Shown piece by piece: positions 16,738-25,912 of a stretch of DNA of 64,000 nt. This DNA is from Acidimicrobiaceae bacterium (GTDB lineage Bacteria > Actinomycetota > Acidimicrobiia > Acidimicrobiales > Bog-793), in assembly GCA_003159795.1 (NCBI GenBank), contig PLPK01000011.1:34064-98063 (forward strand). Reading direction: 5' to 3'. The translations under genes and the position numbers were made by a program. Every line of letters begins with the position of its first letter. Within the stretch, counting starts at the first letter, position 1. The notes beneath the pieces were generated by a model. That model ran no database searches, was not told the origin of the DNA, and worked only from the letters and a program-made list of their open reading frames with translations.

Positions 16738-18782
16738 TGGCGATGACGACGCCGGGCACCGTGACCACACGGCCGATCGTGGACGAGCCACGCGAAAACA
16801 GCGCCGGGCGGATGCGCGGGATCCACCACGCGATCGCCCCGTTGCTCGCCAGCCGGGGCCTGCCACGCTGGATCTTTTTGTCGGGCGCCGCCATCACGCT
16901 GCTCTTCGTGGTGCTCGCCGTCTTCGCGCCGCAGATCGCTCCCTACGGGTTCAACCAGTTCGTGGCGCACGGGGTCCGCTTCCCCCAGCAGGCCGCGCCG
17001 TCGGCGACGCACTGGATGGGCACGACGGTCGTCTCCGAGGACGTCTACTCCCGCGTCATCTGGGGGGCGCGCACCTCGATCGAGGTCGTCATGCTCGCCC
17101 TCGTGTTCAGCGTCGCGATCGGCGTGCCGATGGGGCTCGTCTCCGGCTACTTCGGGGGATGGCTGGACCGAGTCCTCGTCCTGTTCAACGACTCCATCTT
17201 CGCCTTCCCGTACCTGCTCCTCGCGATCGTCATCGCGTTCCTCCTGCAGAACTCCGTCGGGGGGGGCGTCTTCACCGCTGCGATCGCGATCACGGTCGTC
17301 TACATCCCGCAGTACTTCCGCGTCGTCCGCAACAGCGTGCTCTCGGTGCGCGAGGAGTCGTACGTGGAGGCGGGCCGCGCCCTCGGCGCCCGGCCGCGCA
17401 CGGTCATCCGACGGTACGTGTTCGCCAACGTCATCCAGTCGGTCCCGGTCGTCGCCTCGCTCAACGCCGCCGACGCGATCCTCACGCTCGCCGGGCTCTC
17501 GTTCCTCGGCATCGGCATGGACCCCTCGGCCGCCGCCGAATGGGGCTACGACATCTCGCGCGGCATCGCGGACGCCCAGGCCGGCTTCTGGTGGACCGGG
17601 CTGTTCCCGGGGCTCGCCATCATCCTGCTGGTCACGGGCCTGACCCTCGTCGGCGAGGGGCTGAACGACAACTACAACCCGCTGATGCGACGGCGGAACC
17701 ACCGCAGCTACGCGATGCCCGGCGGGCAGCGCGCGGCGACGACGACCGCGGTCGTCGCCGCCAACCCGGTCGTGCGGGTCCGCGACCTGCGCGTTTGGTA
17801 CGGGACCGACCGCGGCCCCGTGCGCGCCGTCGACGGCGTGAGCTTCGAAATCGCTGAGCGGGAGACACTCGGCCTCGTCGGCGAGTCCGGGTGCGGCAAG
17901 TCGACACTCGGACGCGGGATCCTCGGACTGCTCCCGTCGGGTGCGACGCGGGACGGTGTCGTCGACTTCGCGGGGCGCAACCTCGTCGAGACATCCCAGG
18001 CCGAGATGCGCAAGCTCCGGGGTCCCCAAATCGGGCTCGTCTTCCAGGAACCGATGACCCGCCTCGACCCGCTCATGCGGATCTCGGACCACTTCGCCGA
18101 GGCGCTGCGCACGCACGAGCCGAACATCTCCGACGAGGAGGTGCGGCGCCGCTCCCTCGAGGCCCTGGGAGGCGTCGGCATACCCCCGACGCGCTTCCGC
18201 AACTACCCCTACGAGTTCTCGGGCGGCATGCGGCAGCGGATCATGATCGCGCTCGCCCTCGTGTTCCGCCCGAAGTTCGTGATCGCCGACGAGCCGACGA
18301 CCGCCCTCGACGTGCTCGTCGAGGCACAGATCCTGTCGATCATCGCCGACCTGAAGCAGAACTTCGACACCTCCCTGCTCCTCATCACGCACAACCTCGG
18401 CATCGTCGCCGAGTCGTGCGACCGCGTCGCGGTGATGTACGCGGGCCGCATCGTCGAACAGGGGGCGGTCGAGGACATCTTCAGCCGCCCGGAACACCCG
18501 TACACCCAGGAGCTGATGCGGTCGACGATCTCACTGTCGACCCGTGAGCTCCACTTCATCCCCGGCGCGCCGCCCGACCTCGTCGAGCCGCCGTCGGGTT
18601 GCCGCTTCCACCCGCGCTGCCCCTCGGCGATGCAGATCTGCCGCGATTCTGAGCCGTTCGGCACGGAGGTGCGCCCGGGCCACCTCGCCGAGTGCTGGCT
18701 CCGCGCACCGTCCGGAGCCGTGCCAGACGAGGGACGAGTGCCGCTGGAACGAGAGGAGATCGGCGTTGCCGACGAAGCCTGA
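16737..18782 (+). CDS. fused ABC permease (DppC-like) / ATP-binding protein (DppD-like)
   Basis: The N-terminal half is a permease (YVEAGRALGARPRTVIRRYVFANV). The C-terminal half is an NBD with Walker A GESGCGKST, signature FSGGMRQR, Walker B FVIADEPTTALD and a C-terminal Cys motif CRFHPRCPSAMQIC...C. Its start overlaps the previous stop (ATGA at 16735-16739). Confidence 0.88.
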   Translation: MAMTTPGTVTTRPIVDEPRENSAGRMRGIHHAIAPLLASRGLPRWIFLSGAAITLLFVVLAVFAPQIAPYGFNQFVAHGVRFPQQAAPSATHWMGTTVVSEDVYSRVIWGARTSIEVVMLALVFSVAIGVPMGLVSGYFGGWLDRVLVLFNDSIFAFPYLLLAIVIAFLLQNSVGGGVFTAAIAITVVYIPQYFRVVRNSVLSVREESYVEAGRALGARPRTVIRRYVFANVIQSVPVVASLNAADAILTLAGLSFLGIGMDPSAAAEWGYDISRGIADAQAGFWWTGLFPGLAIILLVTGLTLVGEGLNDNYNPLMRRRNHRSYAMPGGQRAATTTAVVAANPVVRVRDLRVWYGTDRGPVRAVDGVSFEIAERETLGLVGESGCGKSTLGRGILGLLPSGATRDGVVDFAGRNLVETSQAEMRKLRGPQIGLVFQEPMTRLDPLMRISDHFAEALRTHEPNISDEEVRRRSLEALGGVGIPPTRFRNYPYEFSGGMRQRIMIALALVFRPKFVIADEPTTALDVLVEAQILSIIADLKQNFDTSLLLITHNLGIVAESCDRVAVMYAGRIVEQGAVEDIFSRPEHPYTQELMRSTISLSTRELHFIPGAPPDLVEPPSGCRFHPRCPSAMQICRDSEPFGTEVRPGHLAECWLRAPSGAVPDEGRVPLEREEIGVADEA

Positions 18783-20073
18783 CCTCTCGCACGCCCCGGT
18801 CCTTCTCGAAGTCGCCGACGTGAAGGTCCACTTCCCGCTGCGCGGCAACTTCCTCCAGCGGATGCTCGGTCACGACACCGGTTCGGTCAAGGCCGTCGAC
18901 GGCGTCAGCTTCCAGCTGCACCGCGGCGAGGTTCTCGGGCTCGTCGGCGAGTCCGGCAGCGGCAAGACGACGCTGTCGCGGGCGGTGCTCTCGCTGGTGA
19001 ACGTCACCGACGGGTCGATCTCGCTCGACGGCGAGAAGATCTCCGGACTGTCAGAGCGGCACTTCCGTCCGTTACGCAAGCGGATGCAGCTCATCTTCCA
19101 GGACCCGCACGCGTCGCTCAACCCGGCGATGACCATTCTCGACGCGGTCGGGCACCCCCTTCGCATCCACGGCATCGCTCGCGACGACCGCCAGGTGAAA
19201 AAGCTCGTCGGCGAGGCGCTCGAACGCGTCGGCCTCGTGCCGGTCGACCGCTTCCTGCGCAAGTACCCGTCCGACCTCTCCGGCGGCCAGAAGCAGCGCG
19301 CCGTCCTCGCCCGGGCGATCATCCTCGGCCCCGAGCTCGTCATCGCCGACGAGCCGGTCTCGATGCTCGACATGAGCGTGCGGGCCAAGGTCCTCCAGCT
19401 CATGGACGGCCTGAAGAGCGACCTCGGACTCACCTATCTCTACGTGACCCACGACCTCGCGACGGCGCGCTACTTCTGCGACCGCATCGCGATCATGTAC
19501 CTCGGGCGGATTGTCGAGATCGGCTCGGCCGCCGACGTCTATGCCCATCCGCGCCACCCCTACACGAAGGCACTCCTCGAGGCGATCCCGGAGCCGGACC
19601 CCCGCCACCACGTGCCACGCGATCTCCCCCGGGGCGAGGTGCCCGACGCCGCCGTCCCGCCACTTGGCTGCTCGTTCCACCCGCGCTGCCCGCGGGCCTT
19701 CGCCGCGTGCGGCTGGGAGAGCCGCGACCTGCGCGCCCTGCTCGAGGATCGCTGGGCGAAGCTCGGCCCCGCCGAGTTCGCGCGCGAGCGGGCGATCATC
19801 GGGAGTCTCGACGGGCTCGACGTGCCGAGTTCGGAGGCGTTCCTGCCCTGCGCTCCGGGGAGCAACGCGGCCGGGGTCGCCGCCCTCCTCGAGGAGCACC
19901 GGCAGGCGAGTCCCGACGAACCGTTCTGGCGCGGCATCGCCGCGACCGAGGAGCGCCCGGGCGGCGTCGACATCCGTTTCCATGCCGCCACCGATCCGAG
20001 ACTCCACCCCGTCGGCGACGACGACCCGCGGGTCGAGGTCGCCTGCCACCTCTACGAAACCGAGCCCGGGTAG
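18766..20073 (+). CDS. ABC transporter ATP-binding protein (DppF/OppF-like) with a ~110-aa C-terminal insertion
   Basis: Walker A GESGSGKTT, signature LSGGQKQR and Walker B LVIADEPVSMLD are present. I preferred the TTG at 18766 behind GAGAGGAG. The upstream part of the track ORF (from 18544) is out-of-frame overlap with the previous gene. Confidence 0.85.
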   Translation: MPTKPDLSHAPVLLEVADVKVHFPLRGNFLQRMLGHDTGSVKAVDGVSFQLHRGEVLGLVGESGSGKTTLSRAVLSLVNVTDGSISLDGEKISGLSERHFRPLRKRMQLIFQDPHASLNPAMTILDAVGHPLRIHGIARDDRQVKKLVGEALERVGLVPVDRFLRKYPSDLSGGQKQRAVLARAIILGPELVIADEPVSMLDMSVRAKVLQLMDGLKSDLGLTYLYVTHDLATARYFCDRIAIMYLGRIVEIGSAADVYAHPRHPYTKALLEAIPEPDPRHHVPRDLPRGEVPDAAVPPLGCSFHPRCPRAFAACGWESRDLRALLEDRWAKLGPAEFARERAIIGSLDGLDVPSSEAFLPCAPGSNAAGVAALLEEHRQASPDEPFWRGIAATEERPGGVDIRFHAATDPRLHPVGDDDPRVEVACHLYETEPG

Positions 20074-20192
20074 GCCAGAGGAGCGTTGACCACATCGTTG
20101 CCTGGAGACCCGGGCGCGACACCACCCTGGGACGGCACGCCTGTGCGGCCAGCGCTGGAACGACGGCCCGCGCGTCGCCCCGTAGGGGCGGT

Positions 20193-21191
20193 TCAGGCGC
20201 CGGCCGCGAGGATGAGCGCCGCGGCCGCACGCAGGCAGTCGGCCGTGGCGCGCATCGACCGCTCCTCCCCGAACCGCTCGAAAAGGTCGATGACCGGCAC
20301 CGGTGAGAGACGGACGGCCTCCGGGTCCGCCTGACCGGCAACCACGACGGCGCGGACACCGGCCCGCGCCGCCTCGGCAAGGACCCCGCCGACAACCTTG
20401 CCCGCGAACGAGGTGCGGTCGAGGCGACCCTCCGCCGTGACGACGAGGTCCACCGCTGCGACCCGCGACGGCAGATCGACGTGCCCGGCCACGAACTCGA
20501 AGCCGGGCGTGAGGCGCGCCCCCGCTGCCCACAGACCGCCGGCCAGGCCGCCGGCCGCCCCGGTGCCGACGACCGTCGAGACGTCGGCCCCGAACCTCTC
20601 CCGCAGCACCTCGGCCTGCGCCGCCAGACGTCGCTCGAGCCGTGCCACCGTCACCGCGTCGGCACCCTTCTGCGGCGCGAAGACGCGGGCGGCATCGAGG
20701 AAGCCGACGCTCACGTCGGTGGCGGCCACGATCTCGCAATCCGGTTGGAACGGGACGAACCCGTCGAGCGCCTCGAGGGCGCCGGCCCCGCCGTCGGTGG
20801 TCACCGAACCCCCCAGTCCGACACTGACGTGACCGGCGCCGTCGAGCAGGGCCTCGGCGACCAGCTCGCCGACCCCGAAGGTCGTCGCCGACTCCGCCCG
20901 CGCGGGATCCAGGTCGAGACCGGGCAGGTGGCCGATCACGAGTGCCGATTCGATGACCGCCCGTCCGGCCTCCAGGTGCCACGGTGCCACCACCGGCGCG
21001 CCGTAGGCATTCCGCACGTTGCTCGCCCGGTTCGCACCTCCCAGCGCATCGAGGAACCCCTCGCCTCCATCCGAGAGCGGCAGACAGACCACCTGCGCGC
21101 CGGCCGCGACAAGCCCGTCCGCCAGAGCCCGGGCCGCGGCCTTCGCGCTAAGCGTGCCGCGCAGCTTGTCGGGCGCGCACAGCACGCGCAC
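20193..21191 (-). CDS. glxK: glycerate kinase
   Basis: MRVLCAPDKLRGTLSA..., PLSDGGEGF, GGSVTTDGGAGALEAL and TAEGRLDRTSFAGKV match the GlxK family layout. Confidence 0.85.
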   Translation of the reverse strand: MRVLCAPDKLRGTLSAKAAARALADGLVAAGAQVVCLPLSDGGEGFLDALGGANRASNVRNAYGAPVVAPWHLEAGRAVIESALVIGHLPGLDLDPARAESATTFGVGELVAEALLDGAGHVSVGLGGSVTTDGGAGALEALDGFVPFQPDCEIVAATDVSVGFLDAARVFAPQKGADAVTVARLERRLAAQAEVLRERFGADVSTVVGTGAAGGLAGGLWAAGARLTPGFEFVAGHVDLPSRVAAVDLVVTAEGRLDRTSFAGKVVGGVLAEAARAGVRAVVVAGQADPEAVRLSPVPVIDLFERFGEERSMRATADCLRAAAALILAAGA

Positions 21192-21196
21192 GCCGG

Positions 21197-22132
21197 TCAG
21201 GCTCCCGCGAGCGCGGCGGCCACGCCGCTCGTCGCCATCAGGGCGATGCGGCGCCTCGTCGCGAGCGTGGCGCTGCCGATGTGCGGGAGGAGCACGGCGA
21301 ACGGCGCGCGCAGAAGGGCCGCCGACACCCGCGGCTCGTCCGAGTACACGTCGATGCCGGCCGCGAAGATCTGTCCACGCTCGAGCGCGTCGGCCAGAGC
21401 GGCCTCGTCGACGATGGCGCCCCGGGCCGTGTTCACGAGCACGGAGTCCGGACGGAGCAACGCCAGCTCCCGTGCCCCGATCAGGTGACGGGTCGAGTCC
21501 GTGAGTGGGACGTGCAGGCTCACGATGTCGCTGCGCACGAGCAGGTCGTCAAGGCTCTTCACGAAGCCGGGCTCGCCTGTGTCACGGTGTGACCAGTGCA
21601 ATACGGTCATGTCGAACCCGCCGGCGCGCCGGGCGACGGCCCGGGCGATCTGTCCGTAGCCCACGAGTCCGAGCGTCGCGCCGTAAACGTCGCGACCCAG
21701 ATAGTCGAGCAGGCCCCAGCCCCGCCAGTTTCCCGCCCGCAAGTCACGCTCGGCGTCCGCACAGCGCCTGCTCGCCGTGAGGATCAGGGCGAAAGCGAGG
21801 TCCGCGGTGGTTTCGTCGAGGGCACCCGGTGTGTTGATCACCTGCACCCCCGCGCCGCGAGCCGCGTCGGTGTCGATGTTGTCGAGACCGACTGCCACGT
21901 TGCCGATGACCCGCAGTCGCGGTGCCGCGGCGATCACTTCGGCGTCGATGCGATCGCTCAGCACGCAAACGATGCCGTCGACATCAGCGACAGCTTGAAC
22001 CAGTTCCGGGTGACTGTGCGGCGAATCGTCGTCCCAGGTCCTGACGATGTGCGCCGCGAGAGGGTCGAGCGCGCCAGCGGGCAGGCGCCGGGTCACCAGC
22101 ACTGTGGCCATGATCACTAACTCCCTTGTCAA
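21197..22132 (-). CDS. D-isomer-specific 2-hydroxyacid dehydrogenase (glyoxylate/hydroxypyruvate reductase-like)
   Basis: It has the NAD-binding LGLVGYGQIARAVARR and catalytic-region NTARGAIVDEAAL...DVY..EP motifs. Its stop lies 5 nt upstream of glxK. The start could instead be the internal ATG at 22111. Confidence 0.85.
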   Translation of the reverse strand: MTRELVIMATVLVTRRLPAGALDPLAAHIVRTWDDDSPHSHPELVQAVADVDGIVCVLSDRIDAEVIAAAPRLRVIGNVAVGLDNIDTDAARGAGVQVINTPGALDETTADLAFALILTASRRCADAERDLRAGNWRGWGLLDYLGRDVYGATLGLVGYGQIARAVARRAGGFDMTVLHWSHRDTGEPGFVKSLDDLLVRSDIVSLHVPLTDSTRHLIGARELALLRPDSVLVNTARGAIVDEAALADALERGQIFAAGIDVYSDEPRVSAALLRAPFAVLLPHIGSATLATRRRIALMATSGVAAALAGA

Positions 22133-22308
22133 CTATCATGCAGGGATCAAGTCTCGCACCGCTAAGTCCGACGGTTTCTCGCGGCGAATCCGGTGGTCAT
22201 GCGAGCCGGCCCCGATGGTGGGCGACCGGAGAATGTCGGACCAGGCCGACGTCGGGTGGTGCCACCCGGAGGGAGGGCGTCGCCAGGGAGCACTGCGGCA
22301 CGCCGTGA

Positions 22309-22333
22309 CCTCGGGCGAGAACCATACCCGAGG
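22309..22333 (-). terminator. stem-loop just downstream of the GS-like gene
   Basis: On the minus strand, CCTCGGG-tatggttctcg-CCCGAGG forms a 7-bp stem starting 13 nt after the stop. There is no U-tract. Confidence 0.3.
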
Positions 22334-22345
22334 CACATCGGTGCT

Positions 22346-23611
22346 CTAGGCCTCGTTGAGGTACCGCTCTAGCTCCCAGGCCGTCACCTGAGAGCGGTAG
22401 GCCTGGGCCTCGGCCCGTCTCCCATCGACCATCCTCGTCAGCAACTGGGCGTCGAACGCGTCGACCAGGATGTCGTCGTCGAGGAGCGCGTCCAAGGCCT
22501 GGTCCAGGACGCGGGGAAGCAGTTGGGTCGGGATCTTGGCCACAGTCGTGGGGTCGTACCCCCCCATGTCCTCATCGAAAGCCGGGCCTGGGTCGAGCCC
22601 CCGGGCCAGCCCGTCCGCCGCCGTGACCAGGAGGCCACCGAGCAGCAAGTAGGGGTTGGCGGCTGGGTCAGCCAGACGGAACTCGATGCTCGGCCGTTGC
22701 TCCACGGAAGAACCCACCCGTACCACGGCGTTGCGGCTCTGGTGGCCCCAGACAACTGCGCCCGGTGCCTCGGGGCCGTCGTGCAAACGCTGGTACGAGT
22801 TGACGTTCGGGGCGGCCAAGGCGGTGAGAGCGCGGGCATGGAAAAGCTGACCGCCGACGAAGGCCTTCCCGTCCGCGTCGAGTTGCCAAGCGTCGTCGAA
22901 CAGCTGGCCGGTCACGTGCTGGTGGAGGTGAAGGCCCGACCCGGGCTGGCCGGCGAGGGGCCTGGCCATGAAGGTGACGACCACGCCTCGTTCCTCAGCG
23001 ACCTGGCGCAGGAGGCCCTTTGCGAGCACCAATGCGTCAGCCAGCGCCACAGGAGGCATGGCCCCGAGGTCTATCTCGTACTGTCCCGGCCCCGCCTCGA
23101 GGTGGGCACTGACGACCTTGACGCCGAACTCGCTGAGCAGGTCGGCCGTCGCTGTCGTCACCTCGGTCCCCGTCCCCGCCAGGTCGCCAAAGTACCCCCC
23201 GCTGTCGATCGGAGCGCCGGTGCGGTCGAGCAGGTAGAACTCAAGCTCGGCGGCGACTTCGAAGCGCTCGGCGAGCTCGCCGGTCTGGGAGATGATCTCC
23301 GCAAGCGCAGCCCTCGGGTCGGCCAGCCACGGCGAGCCATCCCGCGTCGTGACCGTGCATACAGCCCGGACCTCGCCGCCGACCGTCACGAAGGTGGAGG
23401 GGTCTGGCTTGAGGAGCATGTCGATCTCGATGTGGCGGCTGCGGCCTTCGATCGCCGACCCGTCGAAGGGGACACCGGAACCGATGGCTTCCTGGAGACG
23501 GTTGGCCGGCAACAGCACTGCGTGCGAACCGCCGAAGACATCGACGAAGATGAGGCGGGCCCATCCCGATGCAGGCATTCTCACCGGCTCGGGTAGATCG
23601 GGCTTGGCCAT
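22346..23611 (-). CDS. glutamine synthetase family protein (GlnA-like gamma-glutamyl ligase)
   Basis: All GS core motifs are intact: AAELEFYLL, AHLEAGPGQYEI, GSGLHLHQHV, NSYQRL, EFRLADPAANPYLL. I chose the ATG at 23611 because it overlaps the kinase stop (TGATG). The longer ORF to 23689 would run into the kinase gene. Confidence 0.85.
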   Translation of the reverse strand: MAKPDLPEPVRMPASGWARLIFVDVFGGSHAVLLPANRLQEAIGSGVPFDGSAIEGRSRHIEIDMLLKPDPSTFVTVGGEVRAVCTVTTRDGSPWLADPRAALAEIISQTGELAERFEVAAELEFYLLDRTGAPIDSGGYFGDLAGTGTEVTTATADLLSEFGVKVVSAHLEAGPGQYEIDLGAMPPVALADALVLAKGLLRQVAEERGVVVTFMARPLAGQPGSGLHLHQHVTGQLFDDAWQLDADGKAFVGGQLFHARALTALAAPNVNSYQRLHDGPEAPGAVVWGHQSRNAVVRVGSSVEQRPSIEFRLADPAANPYLLLGGLLVTAADGLARGLDPGPAFDEDMGGYDPTTVAKIPTQLLPRVLDQALDALLDDDILVDAFDAQLLTRMVDGRRAEAQAYRSQVTAWELERYLNEA

Positions 23612-24591
23612 CACAGGACGGCCGACACGATCAGTACCAAGGCAACGACTGCGATGAACCCCAGCGCTATCAGCCCCGCGTAAGCCCACAACCGCTTGGT
23701 CGAGCCGGCGGCTGCCATGCCTCCGATGGCCGGCTCGGGCGACAAGTCATAACGCTGTGGGTCGAGCGAGTCCAAATGGTCGAGGTCGTCCAATATTTCA
23801 GTTGTCAACTGGTAACGGCTCCCTGGCATTCGGCGCATGGCGTGCAATACGACGGCTTCCAGCGCAGGAGGCACGTCATGACGGGTCTTGCGGACCGGTT
23901 TGGGCTTGCCCTGCAGGTGCCCGGCCATCACGGCCATCGCATTGTCCCCGCGGAAAGGCGTCTCCCCGGTCAGGATTTCGTACATGATAACTCCCCAGGA
24001 ATATATGTCGCTCCGGGCGTCGCCCCGCTCTCCTTGGACCTGTTCCGGGCTCATATAGTCCGGCGTACCGAGGCTCTCCGAGAGGTGCTTCCAGGTCAGC
24101 CGCCTGGCGCCGTCGAGGCGTGCCGTGCCGAAGTCCGAGATCTTGAGGCGCCCGTTCGTGCCGACAAGCACGTTCTCCGGTTTGAGGTCTCGGTGCACGA
24201 TCCCCTGGCTGTGGAGATAGGTCAGCGCTTCGACCAGTTGGCGGCCCCAGTCAACGGCCTGGTCTACGTCGACACGCTGGCCATGAGCCCGCGTGCGCAG
24301 GGACTCGCCTTCGAAGTACTCGAGGACGAGGTACGGCTCCGTGCGGCTCTCACCGGCGTCGACACCGCGCTGCACCCCGGGGTGGTCGAGGCGCCTCGCG
24401 ACTTGAGCCTCTCTCTGGTAGCGGCTGAACAGGCTTGGATCGGCGAACAGCCCGGGGGTGGGCATCTTGAGCACCACCGTGGCGCCGGTACGGGTATCGG
24501 TAGCCTTGTATGTCTCGGCGTAGGCGCCAATCCCCAGCAGCTCTACGATCTCGTAGCGGTCCACGACCTGACCGGGTTGGAAGCGGGCCAT
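23611..24591 (-). CDS. Hanks-type Ser/Thr protein kinase with a C-terminal TM anchor
   Basis: GIGAYAETYKA, VVLKMP, HRDLKPENVLV, DFGTA and TPDYMSPEQ are present, followed by a short linker and the TM segment WAYAGLIALGFIAVVALVLIVSAVL at the extreme C-terminus. The ATG at 24591 lies 2 nt after the PP2C stop. Confidence 0.88.
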   Translation of the reverse strand: MARFQPGQVVDRYEIVELLGIGAYAETYKATDTRTGATVVLKMPTPGLFADPSLFSRYQREAQVARRLDHPGVQRGVDAGESRTEPYLVLEYFEGESLRTRAHGQRVDVDQAVDWGRQLVEALTYLHSQGIVHRDLKPENVLVGTNGRLKISDFGTARLDGARRLTWKHLSESLGTPDYMSPEQVQGERGDARSDIYSWGVIMYEILTGETPFRGDNAMAVMAGHLQGKPKPVRKTRHDVPPALEAVVLHAMRRMPGSRYQLTTEILDDLDHLDSLDPQRYDLSPEPAIGGMAAAGSTKRLWAYAGLIALGFIAVVALVLIVSAVL

Positions 24592-24593
24592 CG

Positions 24594-25595
24594 TCAACCT
24601 CGCCGGAAGAGCGACCGGCGGGCGCCAGCGGCCGGGACCGTGCGGTCCGTCGTCACCTTGACAACGATGACGGTGACGTTATCAGGTGCCCCGGCAACGA
24701 TCGCCAGGTCGACCAGCTGCTCGGCGGCGTCTACGACCGTCGGAACACGCGGCGTCCCCACCGCGCTGGCACGTGCGGCGATCTCATGGCTGGCTACGAG
24801 ATCCCACAGCCCGTCAGAGCACAGCACGAACACGTCACCCGCTTCGGTGCCCGCCTTGACGATGTCGACCTGCACCGTCGGTTCGGTGCCGACCACCCGC
24901 ATCAGCTGCGAACGACCGGGGTGTTTGGCGGCCTGCTCCGGGCTGAGCAGGCCCATCCGTAGCATCTCACCCACCCTCGAGTGGTCCGCTGTCAGCTGCG
25001 TGCAAGAACCACGCCTCACCAGGTAGCAGCGGCTGTCGCCCACGTGGGCGATGACGGCTTCGCGCCCGGCCAACGTCAGTGCGGTGAGGGTCGCAGCCAT
25101 GCCTCGCTGCTTCCGTTCGAGAGCGGCATCGAAGACAGCCAGATTCGCCGCCCTTGCGGCCGCCCTCATCGCCTGGGGCGGCGGAGCTGGGTTGGGCGCC
25201 GTCCAGCTGGTCAACGCTGCTTCGACGGCGGAGCGGCTTGCCACCTCCCCTGCTGCATGGCCCCCGAGCCCGTCGCACACGACGAACAGCGGCCCGCGGT
25301 CCCACGCGTCGTCTGGCGTAGTCGGCGCGAACACCCCGGCAAAGTCCTCGTTGTGGGGCCTCACGTCGCCGGGCTCGGAGCACAGTGCCCACCCGAACTT
25401 GCCCAGCAGCCCATGTCCTCGAAGCGGGCCGTTGCCCGACGACTGCCCGGCCTCGGGAGCGAGCGGGAGCTCACTTTCGCTCATCGAGAGGCCCGGGCCC
25501 GGTGGCTGTTGCACTCGAGGGGCGTCCGGGGGCGGGTAGCCTGCCGAGGCGTGACGAAGCGTCGCCAGAGACAGCGCCGCCCGGGCGGTCGCCAA
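24594..25595 (-). CDS. PP2C-family Ser/Thr phosphatase
   Basis: NEDFAGVF, FVVCDGLGGHAAGEVAS, AHVGDSRCYL and VLCSDGLWD are PPM/PP2C motifs. The start may instead be the ATG at 25484 (MSESELPL...). Confidence 0.85.
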   Translation of the reverse strand: MATARAALSLATLRHASAGYPPPDAPRVQQPPGPGLSMSESELPLAPEAGQSSGNGPLRGHGLLGKFGWALCSEPGDVRPHNEDFAGVFAPTTPDDAWDRGPLFVVCDGLGGHAAGEVASRSAVEAALTSWTAPNPAPPPQAMRAAARAANLAVFDAALERKQRGMAATLTALTLAGREAVIAHVGDSRCYLVRRGSCTQLTADHSRVGEMLRMGLLSPEQAAKHPGRSQLMRVVGTEPTVQVDIVKAGTEAGDVFVLCSDGLWDLVASHEIAARASAVGTPRVPTVVDAAEQLVDLAIVAGAPDNVTVIVVKVTTDRTVPAAGARRSLFRRG

Positions 25596-25712
25596 CCCGC
25601 CACTTCAGGCCGGGGGGCAGAGGCAACGCCTTCGAACAGTCCCCGGAAACGAGGCTTCGACCCCGAGCAGCCGTTCCAAGTGGGCCGCAGGCCCTCTTCT
25701 CCTCCGCTGCTC

Positions 25713-25877
25713 ATGGTGGTCGGGTTGATGTGGGTCGCTGCCGGGGTCATCGCGCTGTTCTTGATGACGGCCAACTGGAGGTTCGTCCCAGCGGTTGCCT
25801 TTGCGGGGGTTGGGCTGTACTTCGTGCGGGGCGCCAGCGCCACGATCCTGCGCCGCGAGCGTCGCTCGCAACACTGA
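25713..25877 (+). CDS. candidate 54-aa two-TM membrane protein
   Basis: MVVGLMWVAAGVIALFLMTANWRFVPAVAFAGVGLYFVRGASATILRRERRSQH has two hydrophobic spans. It forms the tail of a longer, otherwise implausible track ORF and is divergent from the PP2C operon. The call is weak. Confidence 0.35.
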   Translation: MVVGLMWVAAGVIALFLMTANWRFVPAVAFAGVGLYFVRGASATILRRERRSQH

Positions 25878-25912
25878 ACCTGCTGGCCCTGACGCCCCTT
25901 CACGTCGACAGC

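Noticed and set aside
17268-17275. G8 homopolymer tracts inside coding regions (also at 40691-40698, and as C8 on the coding strand at 34118-34125) as possible phase-variation sites
   Set aside because: All three are in frame within intact essential-type genes (Gly-Gly-Gly or Pro-Pro codons). Nothing suggests switching. I mention them only as a control for the frameshift at 35310-35315.
16731-18497. 588-aa minus-strand ORF, with similar long shadows at 39374..41188, 41645..43378, 43850..45685, 48302..49891, 1923..3464 and 8500..10062
   Set aside because: Each lies antisense or out of frame to a gene with unmistakable catalytic motifs. All share the Arg/Pro/Gly/Asp-rich composition of non-coding frames in roughly 70% GC DNA.
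19072-20982. 636-aa minus-strand ORF
   Set aside because: It spans the convergent ends of the DppF-like and glycerate kinase genes in off-frames and is Arg/Gly-rich junk.
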